From assembly GCA_964016885.1 (NCBI GenBank), contig OZ024747.1, forward strand, positions 26,412,001 to 26,476,000: a stretch of DNA of 64,000 nucleotides. Direction: 5' to 3'. Below, in pieces: positions 61,890 to 64,000 of the stretch. A program made the position numbers and the translations under genes. Below the pieces are notes generated by a model. The model had not been told where the DNA came from and ran no database searches. It was given only the letters and a program-made list of their open reading frames with translations. The stretch's first letter is position 1; each line of letters starts with the position of its first letter. Origin of the DNA: Eledone cirrhosa. Lineage: Eukaryota.

Positions 61890-62403
61890 TCTACTTATAA
61901 TATATAATGGGCATTTCTCTGTTTGTTTGTCTGTCTGTCCGTCGGTAAAAAATGCCAAGGAAACAAATAGACGCGGTTTCAAATCTCTATGCTTTTCAAA
62001 TTCATTACATTAATCTTTATTTATACGTTTCGCTTTACGAGTGTTTCGACTTACGAGTGTTTCGGCTTACGAGTGTTTCGGCTTATCATTATATATAAAC
62101 GTTTCTATTTCCATCGTTTTATCGTAAACGTTTATATATTTCCATCGTTATATCATAACGTTTATGTATCATAACGTTTATATTTCCGTCACTAATCTCT
62201 TTTTCTCCTTTTTCGTTTCAACATATATTTATTTCAAAGATTTCACCGTATAGATAACATATATATTTATACATGCATAAAAGACACACCGAGAGACGGT
62301 GAACATGTTGTGCCGAAAACATTTCTCATCCAAATCTCAACAATATCAGTATATACACTAGATTTGCTAGCAGAAAACCGCCCACCGGGTGGTTTTCTGC
62401 TAG
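61890..62403 (+). mobile_element. Helitron-like non-autonomous element
   Basis: 5' TCTACTTATAATATATAA..TCTCTGTTTG (similar to 60221); 3' hairpin CTAGCAGAAAACCGCCC/GGGTGGTTTTCTGCTAG ending CTAG. Confidence 0.5.
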
Positions 62404-62459
62404 ACTATATATGATATAATAGAGAAATGTTTCTTGCTTGGTTGGTTAGTTTAATCACA

Positions 62460-62544
<85 letters not shown>

Positions 62545-62689
62545 GTACATAGATACACACACATCTAAGGAGAAAGGCAGAGAGAGTGAGATAGGCCGTT
62601 ATGCAGAGAGAGGTACACTTAAAGTTTTAGATATTGAGATAAAGAAAGAGGGAAAGGGAAAAGTCACATGTGCCAGAGAAACAGAGGCA

Positions 62690-63055
62690 TACTTACTGCT
62701 ATTGACGAGTCGTCTCCCCTGATTATCGACCAGCAGTGACTGAGCCCGAAGGATGTCTGCTCCAATGATAGGTTGATGGACATCAGCAACGGTGAATGTC
62801 CATGTATATTACTGTGAGCCTCTGTGGAGGGAGAGAGTACGGTATCTGTAAGCTTTGATTGTAGAATCATTGGTAGCTGCCACTCACTCCCCTCTCTATA
62901 ACGGAGGTCGTTTGCAGATGCCGGGATGACACTGACTTCTACTTGTGTTCGATTAAGAATCTGACTGGAGATCTGAACATAGACATACAGGACAGTTGAT
63001 CATGTTTGCCGACCACTAGGGTGTTTATTGGTGGTTGGTCCTAGAGTTTCTCCCG
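62690..63055 (-). pseudogene. Gypsy/Ty3 aspartic protease relic
   Basis: Manual translation: RFLIE(fs)..EVSVIPAS ... AATNDSTIKAY ... YTWTFTVADVHQPIIGADILRAQSLLVD..GRRLVN; has a stop and frameshifts. Confidence 0.75.
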
Positions 63056-63087
63056 GAGTCGATGATGAAGAGCTATTGAAGTTACTT

Positions 63088-63730
63088 TTATTTGGGGGGA
63101 ATCCGTTTTGGGGGGAGTCCGTTTTTATTTGGGGGTCCGTTTTTTATATGGGGGTCCGTTTTTATTTGGGGGGAACCATTTTTTTATTTGGGGAGGTCTG
63201 TTTTTTATTTGGGGGCGGATCCGTTTTTTATTTGGTGGGGGAGTCCGTTTTTTATTTGGGGGCTTCGTTTTTTATTTGGGGGTCCGTTTTTTATATGGGG
63301 GGGTCCGTTTTTTATTTGGGGGTCCGTTTTTTATTTGGGGTCCGTTTTTTATTTGGGGGAGTCCGTTTTTTATTTGGGGGTCCGTTTTTTATTTGGTGGG
63401 GGGTCCGTTTTTATTTGAGGGCTCCGTTTTTTATTGGGGGGATCCGTTTTTTATTTGGGGTGGTCCGTTTTTATGGGGGGGGGGCGTTTTTTATTTGTGG
63501 GCTCCGTTTTTTATTGGGGGGATCCGTTTTTTATTTGGGGTGGTCTGTTTTTATTGGGAGGGGATCCGTTTTTTATTTGGGGGGAATCCGTTTTTTATTG
63601 GGGGGATCCGTTTTTTATCTGGGGGAGGGTCCGTTTTTTATTTGGGGGGAATCCATTTTTTATTTGGTGGGGGTCCGTTTTTTATTTGAGGGTCCTTTTT
63701 TTATTTTGGGCGGTCGGTTTTTTTTATTTC
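63088..63730. repeat. G/T-skewed ~20-24-bp minisatellite
   Basis: Unit TCCGTTTTTTATTTGGGGGG, ~28 variable copies. Confidence 0.95.
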
Positions 63731-64000
63731 GGAGGACTAAAAGAGAGGAAGAGTTACAATAAATCAAAGTAGGTTTGTCGTTTTACACCAGTCATTGAAA
63801 TTTAGGTGATACTAACTACACAGAAAAAATTGATACTATTTGAAATTAATCTACGGTCTATATTAGCTTTTTGAGGATAGTGTCATATTATTATTGACCA
63901 AATTCAGAAGACACAGTGTCAACCTGTTCTGTCAGGCTGCGATTTGCATTTCTATTTTATATATATATATATATATTGCTTTGTATTGTTTGTTTTTTTT

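Noticed and set aside
62688-62975. Host exon suggested by minus-strand TTCAG and GTAAGT signals
   Set aside because: The sequence translates as a decayed Gypsy protease

Overview
AT-rich, repeat-saturated animal DNA. It is probably an octopod cephalopod, inferred from the tRNA-derived SINE families and the extreme (TA)n/(TG)n load. No intact host gene is recognisable, and nearly all long ORFs in the track are microsatellite artefacts. Recognisable coding remnants are all from transposons: two 5'-truncated Tx1-clade LINEs, a near full-length Dong/R4 LINE split by a solo LTR (plus a 3' stub), three Penelope-like elements (one Naiad-like), a CRE-like RLE fragment, an RTE-like 3' end and a Gypsy protease relic. 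There are also SINEs, hAT and Tc1/mariner MITEs, Helitron-like elements, minisatellites and a 200-nt gap. The standout signal is a dense population of type I hammerhead ribozyme (HHR) motifs from about ten different sequence families. They sit in Penelope-like or non-autonomous elements that almost all abut (TA)n tracts. These elements repeatedly show a head-to-head fold-back architecture, with arms from about 14 bp to 2.5 kb: one arm runs to a full 3' end and the other stops earlier, at a fixed point in one family. Several HHRs have non-canonical cores or share the same palindromic loop 3. All alignments and folds were done by eye and coordinates are approximate.
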